64,000 nucleotides of DNA from positions 33,368,464 to 33,432,463 of the forward strand of contig NC_043011.1 of NCBI RefSeq assembly GCF_006345805.1. The letters are read 5' to 3'. Origin of the DNA: Octopus sinensis. Taxonomy: Eukaryota. A program made the position numbers and the translations under genes. Position 1 is the first letter of the stretch; every line of letters begins with the position of its first letter. This document shows, piece after piece, positions 26,038 to 39,878 of the stretch. The notes under the pieces were generated by a model that worked only from the letters and a program-made list of their open reading frames with translations, was not told where the DNA came from and ran no database searches.

Positions 26038-26222
26038 ACATCGCTAGCCACTAAACCTTGTTTTATTTTCTCTCCCTGATTATTTCTGTGTTCCTTTCTG
26101 TTGAAGAGCATACGCTTGAAATGTAAAAGACTCTCTCACTTCCCGAGCGTTAAACTAATACATCTGTTTGTTGTTTACACACCTGTCTTCATCTTTTGAG
26201 TTTTTTGTAAATCTCACTATAT
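26038..26222 (+). mobile_element. (TA)n-tailed repeat with hammerhead-like motif (probable Penelope pLTR fragment)
   Basis: Homologous to 36303-36480; contains CTTT-CTGTTGA-A-GAGC-ATAC-GCTT-GAAAT-GTA-AAAG. Confidence 0.55.
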
Positions 26223-26331
26223 TTATATATATATACACACATACATATGGTAATGGTGATGGTATAAGCCCATGCATGTGTGAATGCATAAATGTTTTCT
26301 ATACACTTTTATACAAATAGTTTTGTATTTG

Positions 26332-26394
<63 letters not shown>

Positions 26395-26786
26395 GACACA
26401 CTCACACACACTTCTACTTGGTCAGTGGTAGCTTAAATAAAGTATGTAGCATGCTCCATAATGATAGCCTTTGGGTCTAATTGTTATCCATTTCTCTTGT
26501 CTCCTTAATATCAGGCTAAGTTTACTTTGGAAATATACATATATATACCCATACCCAAGCACATACACACCTTCCAACTCGCTTACCTGGAAGAAAGAAA
26601 AAGAAAACATACCCAAATACATTATTCTCCACCCCTACAAAAAATATACCTGCCCCCGCCCCCAGTACATACCTGATTACATACCTACCCAAATATACCT
26701 CTCTTTCTCCACCCCCTTCATACATTGCTCTCCCCTTAAATACATACCCAACCCTCCAGGATCAGATTGAAATAATTACCTATGAA

Positions 26787-26817
<31 letters not shown>

Positions 26818-27057
26818 ATGGGTTTGCTTGTCTGTATTCATGTGATTGAGGGTGCATGTGTGCCTCAGTATATATGTGTATGTGTGTGGTGAATAGAAGC
26901 TGTTCTGATATGGTGTTTCAGTTGGACAGTGGTGGTAGCGTTATTAATGACTTTAGTTGTGGTAGTGGTGGTGGTGGCAGTGATGATAATGAGGTTGACA
27001 GTAGTACTACTGCTGGTGGTGGTGGTGAACTGCTGATCACGGTATTGATGATAACTG

Positions 27058-27287
27058 GCGGCAAGCTGGCAGAAACATTAGCACGCTGGGTGAAATGCGT
27101 AGCCGTATTTCGTCTGTCGTTACGTTGTGAGTTCAAATTCCGCCGATGTCGACTTTGCCTTTCATCCTTTCGGGGTCGATAAATTAAGTACCAGTTATGC
27201 ACTGGGGTCGATGTAATCGACTTAACACTTATGTCTGTCCTTGTTTGTCCCCTCTATGTTTAGCCCCTTGTGGGTAATAAAGAAATA
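27058..27287 (+). mobile_element. SINE family E with 17-bp TSD
   Basis: TSD GGTATTGATGATAACTG at 27041-27057 and 27288-27304. Confidence 0.9.
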
Positions 27288-28429
27288 GGTATTGATGATA
27301 ACTGCTGATGCTGTTGTACCACAGTCCAACCCAGAATGAACAGACAGCCAGGCAGATAGACAGACTCGCCTACAATCAAATGCATTCCAGCCTGGACCAT
27401 CCCATTTATTTTCTTTCAAGGCATAATGTATAGTCAGGTCTACATTTTCTAGTGTTGGCGTGGACGACGTTTTCAAGAAGTGGGCCTCATGAGACCTGGC
27501 CCATCATCAGGTGACCTATACTATTAAAAAAAACTTTGATGTAAGTTTTCATTAAGGTGCCATTCAGAAGGTCCTGTGGTCTGCAGGTTGTCCATAACTT
27601 GACTGCGCTTGTGTGACCTACTGGTTTCTGTTTTTTATTAAAGAGTATTTCTTTTGATTTGTTTCAGTCATTGGACAGTAGCCATGCTGGGTTTGGGGTA
27701 CTGACTTGAGGGGTTTAGTCAAACAAATCGATCCCAGTGTGTATTTTTTTCTAAATTTGGTGCTTATTCTATCTCACCCTTTTGCTGAATTTCTAAGTTA
27801 CACAGGCATCAATCAGTAGTAGGGACAAACACAAAGACACCCCACTATCTCTCTCAGATATATATTATAGTGGGGTAGACTGGTTTATGGGGTTACCATG
27901 GGTTTCTCACTCATAAGGTTATCTTTAGACCCCAAACACTGCTGACCTGAGACCTCTTTAAAATATGGAGGGGGGAAAAGCCTCATTTTTAAGGGTAAAA
28001 CCCTAAGTGATTATCTCCCTTTGACATTGTCCATTGATCTTCAGCCACGCTGCCATCTTGTGATCATATGATAAGCTTCTTTCAGTTTCTGTCTAACAAA
28101 TCTTCTCACAGAGCTTTGGTTGGCTGGAGACTGTAGTAGAAGATACTTTCCCAAGGTGCCATGCAGTGGGACTGAACCTGGAGCTATGTTGTTGAGAGAG
28201 AGAGATTTGGATTAAGTCAGCAGTGGTTTGTATCAGTATTACTAAGGTGGGGGTGATGTTGTCAGCTGTAGAGATTGTGGTCATTATTCCTGACAGTATT
28301 CATTTTGCCTTCTACAAAGGTCAAGGAAAAGGGCACAAAGAATAGTTTATACATACACACGAGAGAGAGAGAAAGAGAGCTATACTTGTATAGAGAAATA
28401 GACAGACAGACAGAGGACTATGTAGACAG

Positions 28430-28460
<31 letters not shown>

Positions 28461-28784
28461 ATATAAAGCAATAAGAAAATGGAGGGGATCAATAGGTGGT
28501 TCATCAACTTTTAGACATTATATTAACTTAACTTATTTATTTGCTCAACTGACAATTACAAGAATATACATACATGTATAACATATTATGCTTTACATAT
28601 AAGATATAAAATATATTAATATATAAGGATACCAGTAATTATTATAAAATAACAAACATGAATATAAATTGGGAAAATAACTTACAGCTGTTTCAGCTAA
28701 GAGGTAAAAATACCTTATTCTACCTTTATTACACAAGTGGAGTGAAGTAATAGGTAGATGAAATATATGTATGTATGTATGGTA

Positions 28785-30069
28785 TTGGGTCATCCCATAA
28801 ATAATGCATTTTTTTCAATTGCATGAACTAAAAGTTGCAGGGGAACAGGATAAACTACCTGTATCAACTTGCTATAAAAGCAAGTAGTAATTTTACCTTG
28901 TACTTATTCTTAGTGCAAGATTTGAAGAGTGTAGTTCGACTTTAACAGTTATTTTTCTAAAACTATAATGGAAGTGATGAAGGAAAATATTCAGCATTTT
29001 TTGCTTTGTGAGTTCAATAAAGGCAACAACACAATGGAAAATGCAAGGAATATTAATGCAGTATATGGGGATTGGACAATAAGTGTAAGCCAGTGTCAAC
29101 AGTGGTTCCAGAAATTCAGAGCTAGAAACTACAGCCTAGAAGACAAGTCTTGTCCTGGAAGACCTGTAGAGCTTGACGAAGATATCCTGCAAACCGTGGT
29201 TGAACAAAATCCCATCATAACTGTTGAGGAACCAGCAGAGAAGCTTGGATTTGGTCATTCAACCATTCATCAACACCTGTATGCCATCGGAAAAGTCAGC
29301 AAATTGGGTCAATGGGTTCCTCACAAACTTTCTGAGTTTAATTGTATGCAGAGAGTGAATGTGTGCTCTTCTTTGCTGTCATGCCTCACAAATGGACCAT
29401 TTTTTGGACCAAATAGTGACCGATAAGGAGAAACTGGTTCTCTATAAAAATGTCAAGCACCGAAGACAGTGGGTAGAAAAAGGAGAAACACTGGCACCCC
29501 AGGTTAATGAAGGTCTTCACACACGTAAGGTGCTGTTATCTGTGTGGTGGGATATGAAAGGTTTAGTCCACATTGAACTTTTAAACTCAAACCAAATGAT
29601 AACAAAGGAGATCTACTGTGAGCTGCTTGAGCAGTTTAAGTCAGTGCTAGAAGAAAAACAACCATTTTTGATTTCAAGATGAAAGGTGTTCTTCTATCAG
29701 GATAATGCTTGGCCACATACAGTGAGGATGACATTCCAGAGGCTGGAGCAATTTGAAAGGGAAACAATGCACCACCCACCATATTCACCGAATATTGCCC
29801 CATCTGATTATCATTCTACATCTTCAGAATCATTTGGATGGAAAAAATATGAATTCTGTAGATGAGGTCAGAACAGTAATGGAGGAGTATTTCTCATCAC
29901 AGACAAGTGAATTTTGGAAGTGGGGCCTTGCAAGTCTAACAGATAGATGGGAGAGCATTGTAGAAAATAAAGGAGAGTATGTATTAGATTAAAAAAGAAC
30001 TTTGCTTATCTTAATTTTGAAAAATAAAAGTTGTATAAAAAAAAACGCATTATTTATAGGATGACCCAA
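28785..30069 (+). mobile_element. Full-length mariner transposon (about 1.29 kb)
   Basis: TIRs TTGGGTCATCCCATAAATAATGC / GCATTATTTATAGGATGACCCAA, TA TSD. Confidence 0.95.
28968..29992 (+). pseudogene. Mariner transposase, frameshifted
   Basis: HTH region, WVPHKL, IVTDKEK, LSVWWD, QDNAWPH and YSPNIAPSDY motifs spread over three frames, with a stop. Confidence 0.92.
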
Positions 30070-30219
30070 TATATATGTTGGGAGAGGGAGCTAAGCAGAT
30101 GTAGACAGATAAGAGAACATACACGCATGACTGTATGTATACTTAGAATGTTATATGTGTCTCTGTGTGTGCATGAATTCTCAGCGTGTACATGTAAATA
30201 GACTCAGAAATAGGAAGGT

Positions 30220-30560
30220 GCTTGAGTGGAACAAAGTCAGATGATTTTGTTACATAGGAAAAGATGCGCGAGGACCGGATGCAGAAACAAGTCTGGTGAG
30301 GCATGCAGCGGAGGTGGTGAGGTGTAGTCATGAAGGAAAGTGGAAGGTAGCAGCAGTTTAACGGTGCTGTCAGTGTTGATGTAATGTCGGACAAACATGC
30401 AAACTTCCAATTGAGAATGTTGATGGGAAAGGTTAACTTTTCTTCACCACCACCCCTGTGGCACCATTTGATGTTGTCACAGGATTTTGGTAGTGATGGT
30501 GATGATAGGGTTGGGGAACTTTCATGAGAGTAACTGGAATGATGTCGCATTGTCTTTAGT
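30220..30560 (-). pseudogene. Possible highly decayed Penelope-like RT remnant
   Basis: Weak similarity of ...LNWKFACLSD... and ...CIRSSRIFS..SDF to PLE RT (HP.LKFT..IS; LRLRRICS...F). Confidence 0.3.
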
Positions 30561-32004
30561 GTCTGTGTAATGAGTCAACTGGTCTCTGGTAAACAAGCCT
30601 TCATTCTTGTAATTCTTCCAACCTTAGACGCTCCTATCACCATATTATAAACATCTCAACTGCCACCACCAGCACCATCACCAATACAGTTAAGAACCAA
30701 AAACATTGCAAGCAACCCAATGAAGGAGTCTCTCTGTGATTTCTCAACTACTAGAAATAGTAGCCAAATCTCCCTCTAGTCAGATCCTACAATGGACGTG
30801 TTGGATAATTTAAGTTGTGATCTCTCTGTATGTACGATAAAGACAGGGTGTTCATAAGTCTGTTCAGTCTAATTTGACCTTGGGTTAAACAACAACAGGA
30901 GCACCACCACATCCAATCGCAAAAGACTGCCACCACCACTACCGCCTTAGTCCCCATCATCATCATCATCATTGCCACCACTACTTGCACCACTGTCTTT
31001 TCTGAACAGAAAGCAGGTGTCCTTAATTGCTATCCAAAAAAGAATAGGGGAGTGGAGAGAGATGAGGGGAGGGGGTTAGGAAAATGTGGAGGGAAAAAAA
31101 TCTATGATTTAATAATCACCACACTGAACTGTACTCTCTCTCCCTGTTAACCCATCTACCCATTTCCCCCCTCTCTCTTATCTTTCTCCTTTTTCTTCTG
31201 TTTATCTAGCTATCTGTCCCTCATTTCCTCTTTGTGTGTGTGTACATACATACAGAGAGCTTTTCTTCTAACTATCTGCCTATCTTTGCATCTCTCTTTC
31301 ACTCCCTATCTCTTCTTGCTTCTCTACTATCCACCTGTACCCTTCTCTCTCTCTCCTCTGTCTCTATCTCTATCTCTCCTCCCTCTCTATTGCTCGATCA
31401 TATCTTCTCTGTACACTTGCCATTAGAGCTAGTTCCGGTCTCCTGTCCTCAATGAAGTTGTATGCCTCAATCACAGTCCTTGAGTTCTCTAGTACAGATC
31501 ACTCCTATCCATCAATGGTAAGCATTATTTGTCTCTCCTTCACCATTTGGTAAATGTGTGTTGTTGTTGTTGTTTAGCCCAAGGCCAGTCCTGACCCAGC
31601 AAATCAGCCTGTGATCTTGCTGAACCTAGTAAACATGTTTTCTGCTTAGCACCAACTCCTAGGTTAAGATCAAGTTTTATGAGAATGTTATCAAGACTTT
31701 CTTTTTTTTTTTTATCACTGTTCCCAAGGCCCCAATAATAATCTGCAGTGCCATAATTTTGTTAATTTCTCTGTTCCAACAACTGAAGATGTCACACTCC
31801 AAGTCAGGTTGGACAAACTGTTTAAGACATTTCTTCTGGCTTTGCGTTCTGAGTTCAAATTCCACTGAGGTTGACTTTGCCTTTCACCCTTTCAGGATTG
31901 ATCAAATAGGCACTTGTTGATCACTGGAATTGATGTAATTCACTTCCCCATCTCAAAATTGCTGGATATGTGCCAAAAAGGAAAATGAATTATTATTATT
32001 ATTA

Positions 32005-32290
32005 TTTTCCTTCTTTCTTCAAATTTTCTTCCATTTCTCACCGAGTGTTTTCCATACACCTAGGACAGAGAAGCTCATTGTATGCATTCCCAGATTACAC
32101 ACGCAAATTCATAGGTAAAATATGTATTTTAACAAATTAACAAATAAATATATTCATGAATGGATTCATGATAATGCTCTTCTCAGTACATGAGTCAATC
32201 CAGTTAACACGATTTTTTGCACTTCCTGTAGGGATGGTAAGCCTGGTATCATTTTCAAATAGGTTTCAGTACCTTTTTTTATCGTTCCTA
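32005..32290 (-). mobile_element. R4/Dong 3' fragment in (TTA)n
   Basis: GTIKKGTETYLKMIPGLPSLQEVQKIVLTGLTHVLRRALS plus a 3' UTR homologous to 18039-18340. Confidence 0.88.
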
Positions 32291-32306
32291 TTATTATTAT
32301 TATTAC

Positions 32307-32339
<33 letters not shown>

Positions 32340-32889
32340 CATCATCATCATTTTGTTCAAGACAGCAGCTTCACTGAAGAGTGTTACAAAAGTGTCAGCT
32401 GTCCCAAAACCAGTGGGCTAAAGCAACACTCTTCATTCAGATTTCAAAAAATCTGCAAAGGATTCATGCAGTTCCAAGCAATACTGTATTCTCTGTCTTC
32501 ACATTTACCCTATCTTTTCAAACCAGTTTGTGAACATTGTACTTATAGTAACCAAGGCTCCCGCAACAACAGGGTACAACACTTGCCTTCTCCAATGACT
32601 ACAGTCTCCCAGTTCAAATTATATCTAATCTGCTTCTTTCCTTCTCTTTTCAATCCTCGGTCATCGCCATAGCATCCACTACCTATGATTAAATAGGTAT
32701 TTTCCCTCTTTATTCACAACCACTCTATCTGGCTTTCAGTGTTCAGTTTCATGATCACATTGGATTGTTATGTCCTACAGTGTTATTATTACTTCAGGTG
32801 TTGTTGTTGTTTTATGAGCTCTTCCAAGTCTCACTCAGAGACCCCCAACTAACAGCAAGTTGGACATTTTACTGTACGTGCTGTTTATT

Positions 32890-33180
32890 ATTAGCAATAA
32901 TATATTATAGGGAAAAAAGAGAACAGATTCTGAGAACTAAGATTTTATTAAATTTCTAACATTTTTGATTTTGAAAGAGTTTTAAGAGGAAAAGATATTC
33001 TCAGATTGACAGTATTTTTCTTAGAATGTGGGCAGTACCCATGAGAATGGTTTTTCAATATTTTGATATTCTGGGGTTTTCTGGTATTTGACCAATATGT
33101 TTAAGAGTGCCACTTGGTATTATTCCCAAAGCTCCAATGACCACAGGTATACTTGCCATTCGTAGATGTCACATTTTTAA
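32890..33180 (-). mobile_element. Older R4/Dong-type 3' fragment
   Basis: Minus strand encodes KM*HLRMASIPVVIGALGII...MGTAHILRK; a similar scrap (IIIGALGTVIKK) lies at about 31690-31760. Confidence 0.65.
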
Positions 33181-33189
33181 GTACTCTAT

Positions 33190-33252
<63 letters not shown>

Positions 33253-33534
33253 CGTGTCACATTGCTGAAAAAGCAATTACAATTGTTTCTACATTATCTC
33301 ATATATCCTTTCCTTTTTATAAGCTGGTCAAATGTGATTTTGAGGTAGATTTAGTTGCTATTTCTTGCATATTGAGCAACCATGAACAGGCTTCCTCATT
33401 GTGTGCATCTGATTTTGTCAGCCTTGATCATAAGTCTATCAGCAGTCTGTCCTTTGGTCAAAAGCATTCCAGCAGTGACTGATCTATATTTCTTTTAGGG
33501 TTTCCAGGACTGCTTTGCCTAACATGCATCTGTC

Positions 33535-33577
<43 letters not shown>

Positions 33578-35471
33578 AAGAATGAAAAAGTATTGTATGT
33601 AGGGAAAGAAATTGTATGCAGTAATAAAGTGTGTTTTTATCTTTCTTGAATATTAACGAAGGGACAAAAACAGTCAAAAGCATGATTGAGTGTTTAAGAG
33701 ATTTGCTTTGCAGTGATGAGATCTCGGGTTCAAGCCATAACTTCAGGTCAGTCCTGGCTTTGTGAGTGACATTATGTAGCCGGATAGATGGATACTATGT
33801 GGAAGCCTGTCTGAGAGATTATACCTACAATTTCAAAGTCCTACACTTGGTTTTACACACATACACGCTGTGGTCTCATTTGTCTTTCACTTGTCTCAGT
33901 CATTGGGCTGTGGTCATGCTGGAGCACTGCCTTGAAGAGTCATTAGCTGACCAAACCAACCTTTTAAGTCTGGCACCTATTCTATCAGTCTCTATTGCCA
34001 AACTGCTAAGTTATGGAGATGTAAACAAACCAACACCAACTGTCAAACAAAGAAGAAACAAATACAAAGATATATATGTCTGTCTGTCTACATACATATA
34101 TACCTACATACATACATACATGCATACATATACACATATACACATACATACATACATACATACATACATACATACATACACACATACATACACACACACA
34201 CACATACATACATACATACATACATACATACATACATACATACATAAATGATGGGTTTCCACTCAGTTTTTGTCTACCAAATTAAATCACAAAAAATTGG
34301 TCAGCCCAGCGTTATTGTAGAAGGCACTTGTCCAAAGTGCTGTGCAGTGGGACTGAACTCAAAGCTGTTTGGTTGCAAGTGGGCTTCTTTGCCTAATAAT
34401 GACACTAAGGGAAAATTGCCTACACTAAAGATTCATATGTTTCTGAAATAATTCATCCATTTACCTATAATTCAATTAGTAGATCATTCAATAAATCAAA
34501 CAAGTAGAATATTCAATAAAGGAAGCATCTATTTTTTATTAATGAAAGGAAGCTTTTTTTTTTTTGAATTTTTTTAATACTTTCAGTTATTCTTTTCTGT
34601 TTGGCCTAATAACCAAATTTGTAATTAGTTTCCTTGAATATAGATCTCAGTTAATTGCAGGATTCCTATTATTTTCTGTAGAAGAAAAAAAAAAAAAATG
34701 AATGTCCTTTCTGGTACCAATACTGTCAGCCTGCATGTGAAAGTTTGAAGAAAAAAAGCAGCTCTGTAGCAGCGTTGCTGTTTAACCCTAGGTTGGCTAA
34801 AATTGAGCAAACCATTTTAGTCATGACCATCTAGTCTTTTTTATTTCCTTTCCGAATAGATTATCTAAGATTATATTAATTAATATGTTCTTGTGGAGGC
34901 ATATGGCTTAATGGTCAGGGTGCTGGGTTCCCAATCGTAAGATTGTGGTTTCATTTCCTGGACCGGGTGATGTGTTGTATTTTTGAGCAAATCACTTCAT
35001 TTCATGTTGCTCCAGTCCACTCAGCTGTAGAAATGAGTACCACCTATGGAGGCACATTGCTCAGTGGTTGGGGTGTTGGATTCATGACCATAAAATTGTG
35101 GTTTCATTTTCTGGGCTGAGCAATCTGTTGAGTTCTTGAGCTGTACTATTTATGGGTGGTATTAAGGGATAGGTTCATTATTATTATTGTTGTTGTTGTT
35201 GCTATTATTGTTATTATTATTATTAGTAGTAGTAGTAGTGGTGGTGGTGGTGGTGGTATTAATGGTTGCATTAGTGTTATTAGCATAAGTAGTAATAGTA
35301 CTATTAGTATTAACATTCATTTTAGCCGTGCTCTGACCTTCCTTGGAATCATGGATATTTGTATCCTGTATGCTGGTTATAGTGCTAGGGTTACAGGTCT
35401 GGTATATGCTATCATGGTTGGTGTTAGTTGCTGTTGCATTGACCTATGTTATGAATATATATATATATATA

Positions 35472-35528
<57 letters not shown>

Positions 35529-35572
35529 ATATATATATATATTATATATATATATATGTATATGTATGTATA

Positions 35573-35878
35573 TGTGGAGGCACAATGGCCCAGTGGTTAG
35601 GGCAGCGGACTCGCGGTTGTAGGATCGCGGTTTCGATTCCCAGACCAGGCGTTGTGAGTGTTTATTGAGCAAAAACACCTAAAGCTCCACGAGGCTCCGG
35701 CAGGGGATGGTGGCGATCCCTGCTGTACTCTTTCGCCACAACTTTCTCTCACTCTTTCTTCTGTTGGCCTGCTCGCTTAGCCTGCGGGGTGGCATCATTT
35801 GAAGGCTAAAACAATGCGAAACGTATTGTGACCAGCGATGTGTAGCAACATCTGATAGCCTGGTCGGTCATGGTGATA
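35573..35878 (+). mobile_element. SINE family C, alternative structured tail, embedded in (TA)n
   Basis: Head matches 41124 as far as CTCTCACTCTTTCTT, then a different tail ending GGTCGGTCATGGTGA(TA)n. Confidence 0.85.
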
Positions 35879-36302
35879 TATATATATATATATTTAGGTA
35901 ATAGGAATTACGTTTATGCTTATTATTCTATATTGAGCAGAGAGGGGTAGAATAATTTCAGAGTAGATCTGTTGGAGATTGAGTGGTATTTATGGTGACA
36001 TGGGAAGTTAGTCTACTATTGTAAAAAAGATTTTGGCTAAGTCCTGGTATTAGCTTATCACTTGGGTTATCCCAGAAACAGCTGTAAGGCTTCAAATTCA
36101 CTTTACCTTAATTACATATTCTAAATGACTTGAGATACCAGTCATGCTTTGGTTTTTGTTACCCTTTTTCCTCTACACACACATACCTGCTCTCTTATAC
36201 ATATGCATGCGCACCTTCGTTTTGGGATCACCACTACTTTATTATCTCCCCTTCTTCCTAGCTCTCCTATGTGACCCCTCTGTCCAGCATTCGCCATGAT
36301 AG

Positions 36303-36500
36303 ATCGCTAGCCACTACACATTCTTTATTTTCTCTCCTTGTTTCTTTCTGTGTTCCTTTCCGTGGAAGAGAGTAGGCTCAAAATGTTAAAGACTTTTTCA
36401 CTTCCCAAGCGTTAAACTAATACATCTGTTTCTTGTCTACACCACCTGTCTTCATCTTCTTTTTTTGTAAATTCTCCCTATATATATATATATTTATATA
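36303..36500 (+). mobile_element. (TA)n-tailed repeat with degenerate hammerhead-like motif, copy 2
   Basis: Homologous to 26038-26222. Confidence 0.55.
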
Positions 36501-36925
36501 TATATACATACGATGGGCTTCTTTCATTTTCTGTCTACAAAATCCACTCACAAGGCTTTGGTTGGCCCGAAGCTATAGTAGAAGACATTTGCCCAGGGTG
36601 TCACATAGTGGGGCTGAACTCAGAACCATGTGCTCGGGAAACAAGCTTCTTACCACACATCCATGCCTGCTTTAAGGCAACAAGCTAGTGGAATCATTAA
36701 CATCCCAGACAAAATGCTCAGCTGTGTTTCTTTTGGTTGTTTACATTCTGAGTTCAAATGTCACCAATGTTAATTTTGCTTGTCATTTATTCAATGTTGA
36801 TAAAATAAGTACCAGCTGAGCAATGTGGTCAATGTAATCAACTCACCCTTCCCCTCAAAATTGCTGACCTTGCATCAAGATTAGAGATTTTTTTCCCTTT
36901 TTTAATATCTTGTAGCACAGACATC

Positions 36926-37263
36926 TGAGACCCTCTTCGGTCACGACACTGACCATGGGATTGGACCTAGAAAGTTACCCTCCCAAGCACAAGTCTGGGC
37001 AAGGTTGTTTATGGAAGACCAGCAGTCGCCCATGCATGCCGGCCTCCCCTCTCCACGCCACCAGTGTTATCAAGGGGAAAGGCAAGGGCCGATACAGCTT
37101 GGCACCTGTGACGTCGCAACTCATTTCTACAGCTGAGTGAACTGGAGCAACGTGAAATAAAGTGTCTTGCTCAAGAACACAACATGCAGCCCGGTCCTGG
37201 ATTTGAGCTCACAACCTTACGATCATAAGCTCGACACTCTAACCACTGAGTCATGTGCCTTCA
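36926..37263 (-). mobile_element. SINE family B (full length)
   Basis: Reverse complement of 3349-3668. Confidence 0.88.
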
Positions 37264-38580
37264 CAGACATAGGGTCATAAATAACATGTAAATATTGGGT
37301 TGAAAATTCCTTTTGGATAGAGAAAGTAGAAGGCTGCCAGTCAGCAAAATACATTTTTGTTTTTGCAGGCAGTGTATCCTCTATTACATCATCTAATGTG
37401 TTCTTTCTTTTAAAACAGGTGTGTGATATAGTGACTCTGTAGAAATTGCTTTTGTTTACACTTGCTTAGTTTGGTTTGAGAAATAGGGTGTGAAATTGAT
37501 TTTATGGTTCAATGACAGGTTAAAGAGATTTAGTCATACAAAGGGAATAAACAATAAAATGTATTTAAGTTCTAAATTAAAATTTAGTTGTAGTGACTAA
37601 TCTATGATAGAATGAAGAATACATGTTATAAGAAAAGTATGGTTTCGCTTGTTGTTGTTTACTCCCAAATCAATGCTAATTGAGCAGATCAATAAGTAAA
37701 GGAATTCCAAGCTTGCCCATATTTAACTGTTTCTTGTTTCAGTCATTAGACTGCAGCCATGCCAGAGCACTGCCTTGAAGGGTTTAGCCAAACAGATCAA
37801 GCCCAGAACTTATCGATTTTCTAAGCCTGGTACATATTCTATTGGTCTCTTTTTGCAGAACCTCTAAGTTACGGGGATGTAAATATACCAACAATAGTTA
37901 AGTGGTGGGGGGGGGGCGCCAAAAACAAAGATACACACACACACACAACAAGCTATAGTAGAAGATACTTGCACAAGTTACCACGCAGTGAGACTGAACC
38001 TGGAACCATGTGGTAAGGATGTAAAACTTCTCACCACATCGCCACACCTGTACCTATATTCTCTATTTTAGGGTTTGATTTTTTTTTTGTATATGAAATG
38101 TAGGCTTTTTTTTTCTAAGACAGTGGAAGGGGATTTGGTTGTTATTTGTAAGATTGGGTGTCCACATAGTAGCCTATCTGTTGATTGAAGTTTTCTGTGG
38201 ATTTCAGTTGAACAATCTTTCATACAAGCAAATGAGAGAACCTATACATTCACACTTCTCAAACTTTTACTTCCTTGATTCATTTTAGAAAATTAATAAT
38301 CCTCCATGCTCCTCCTTTCTCCCTATTCCCTGTTTCCTTTTCTCATACCTTAGCTCTCATCTGCTTGCATAAAGACTCTCCTCTTGGGTCTTGTGATCTT
38401 GCAAACTGCATGGAAACCTCACTAGTTCTGGTTACACAAGAAATGAATCCAGTACATGCTGTAAAGTGGTTAGCATTAGGAAGGACATCTTCTTTATCTG
38501 TCTGAGCTAGCATGGGCATTGAGGTTACCAGCGAGGATGGTCATTTCCATTTTGGGGATCAAGCCCAGTACATGTTGCAG

Positions 38581-38800
38581 CTAATTGTAGAAATCATCCT
38601 TAGTGAGGACTGAGCTGGCCTCACTCAGCATGTAGGCAGAGATGATGTGCATTTTGATCATTATGTTGATAGTGAGGACTGCTAGGCTATCAGACGCTGG
38701 TTGAAATGTGAGGATACTGTGCAAAGCCCCTTGGTCAAGCATGAAGCCAACCCCAGCTTCACACTTGTCATTGCCAGAACAGTAGAGCATCAACTTTGTG
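38581..38800 (-). pseudogene. LINE apurinic endonuclease remnant (RTE-like)
   Basis: LYCSG...AGVGFML...FQPASDSLAVL...IISAY...KDDFYN matches RTE APE motifs (GVG, SDR, ISAYAP, KD.FY). Confidence 0.7.
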
Positions 38801-39502
38801 CCAAAGGCAGGTGGGTCAATGACCATTGTTCTTGATCAAATAAGTCACAGTTCAAATAATGCTACACTTGATAAGATTTTGGGTGGCAGAAAAAGATTGT
38901 TGCCCAAGAACTTATCAAGGAAAGGTATCTAGTTGTAGAAATTATGCCAAAGAAGACATTGGAGCATGATGTAGTCCTTAGGCCCATTGGATCCTGTCAA
39001 ACCATCCAACCCATCCCAGCATGGAACATGAAGGTTAAATGATGATGATAACAGTAATATTTATGCAGAGACAATGGTTCAATTCCCACTGGATTCTCAT
39101 TTCATTTTGGCAATTCCCTTTCATATAGACATTATCAAGCCCATTATCATTCTCCTTATTCTGTCAAAAGTAATGCTTATTTATTCACATTGTTTTGAAA
39201 TTAATTATGCATCATATAGCTTTGAGATTTTGATGGGGCAACTATTTTTAAAATGTTATTATAGGGTTGGTGTAAGAGACCAGAACTGGCCACTTTGAAT
39301 ATGACAAAAAGGGAGAATATTTTAGCTAGATATGGTTAGTCCACATTACTCCATAAGAAGCATAGGACCAGTTTACTGGTTTCTCTAACATATATAGCGG
39401 AGTTGCATGACTTAGTGGTTAGGGTGTTGGACTCATGATCATAAGATAGGGGTTTCAATTCGGGTGACATGTTGTGTTCTTGAGCAAAACACTTCATTTT
39501 AT

Positions 39503-39878
39503 AATACAGTTCTATATTTAAGAGATGAGGAATTATGTACATTATTTATATTTGACGGATATTTGTCCTCATCTTGTTTGTTGTTAACACAATGTTTCGG
39601 CTGATATACCCTCCAGCCTTCTTCAGCCTTCTTTATTTGCCCACGGGCGTATGGTGTAGTGGTTAAGAGCACAGGCTACTAACTCCAAGATTCCAAGTTC
39701 GATTCCAAGCAGTGACCTGAACAATAGCAATAATAATAACATCGAAAAATACCTTAGGAATGAGAACCCAGGTTTGAAATTTCCCCAAGACACCTGAAGA
39801 AGGCTGGAGGGTACATCAGCCGAATTGTGTTAACAACAAAAAAGATGAGGACAAATATCTGTCGAATATAAATAATGT
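39503..39878. mobile_element. SINE family D with inverted tail duplication and 12-bp TSD, nested in SINE B
   Basis: Minus arm 39503-39626 (tail only); plus copy about 39640-39880 (tRNA head to tail); TSD ACTTCAT(T/C)TTAT at 39491-39502 and 39879-39890. Confidence 0.85.
39586..39626 (-). ncRNA. Hammerhead ribozyme-like core
   Basis: Minus strand: CTGAAGA-A-GGCTG-(10 nt)-CAGCC-GAAAC-ATT-GTGTT. The plus-strand sibling at 39789-39831 has a 3-nt deletion at the GAAAC box. Confidence 0.6.

Noticed and set aside
35810-35870. GAAAC...CTGATAG as a possible type-II hammerhead
   Set aside because: CTGATAG does not fit CUGANGA and the stems fold as independent hairpins.
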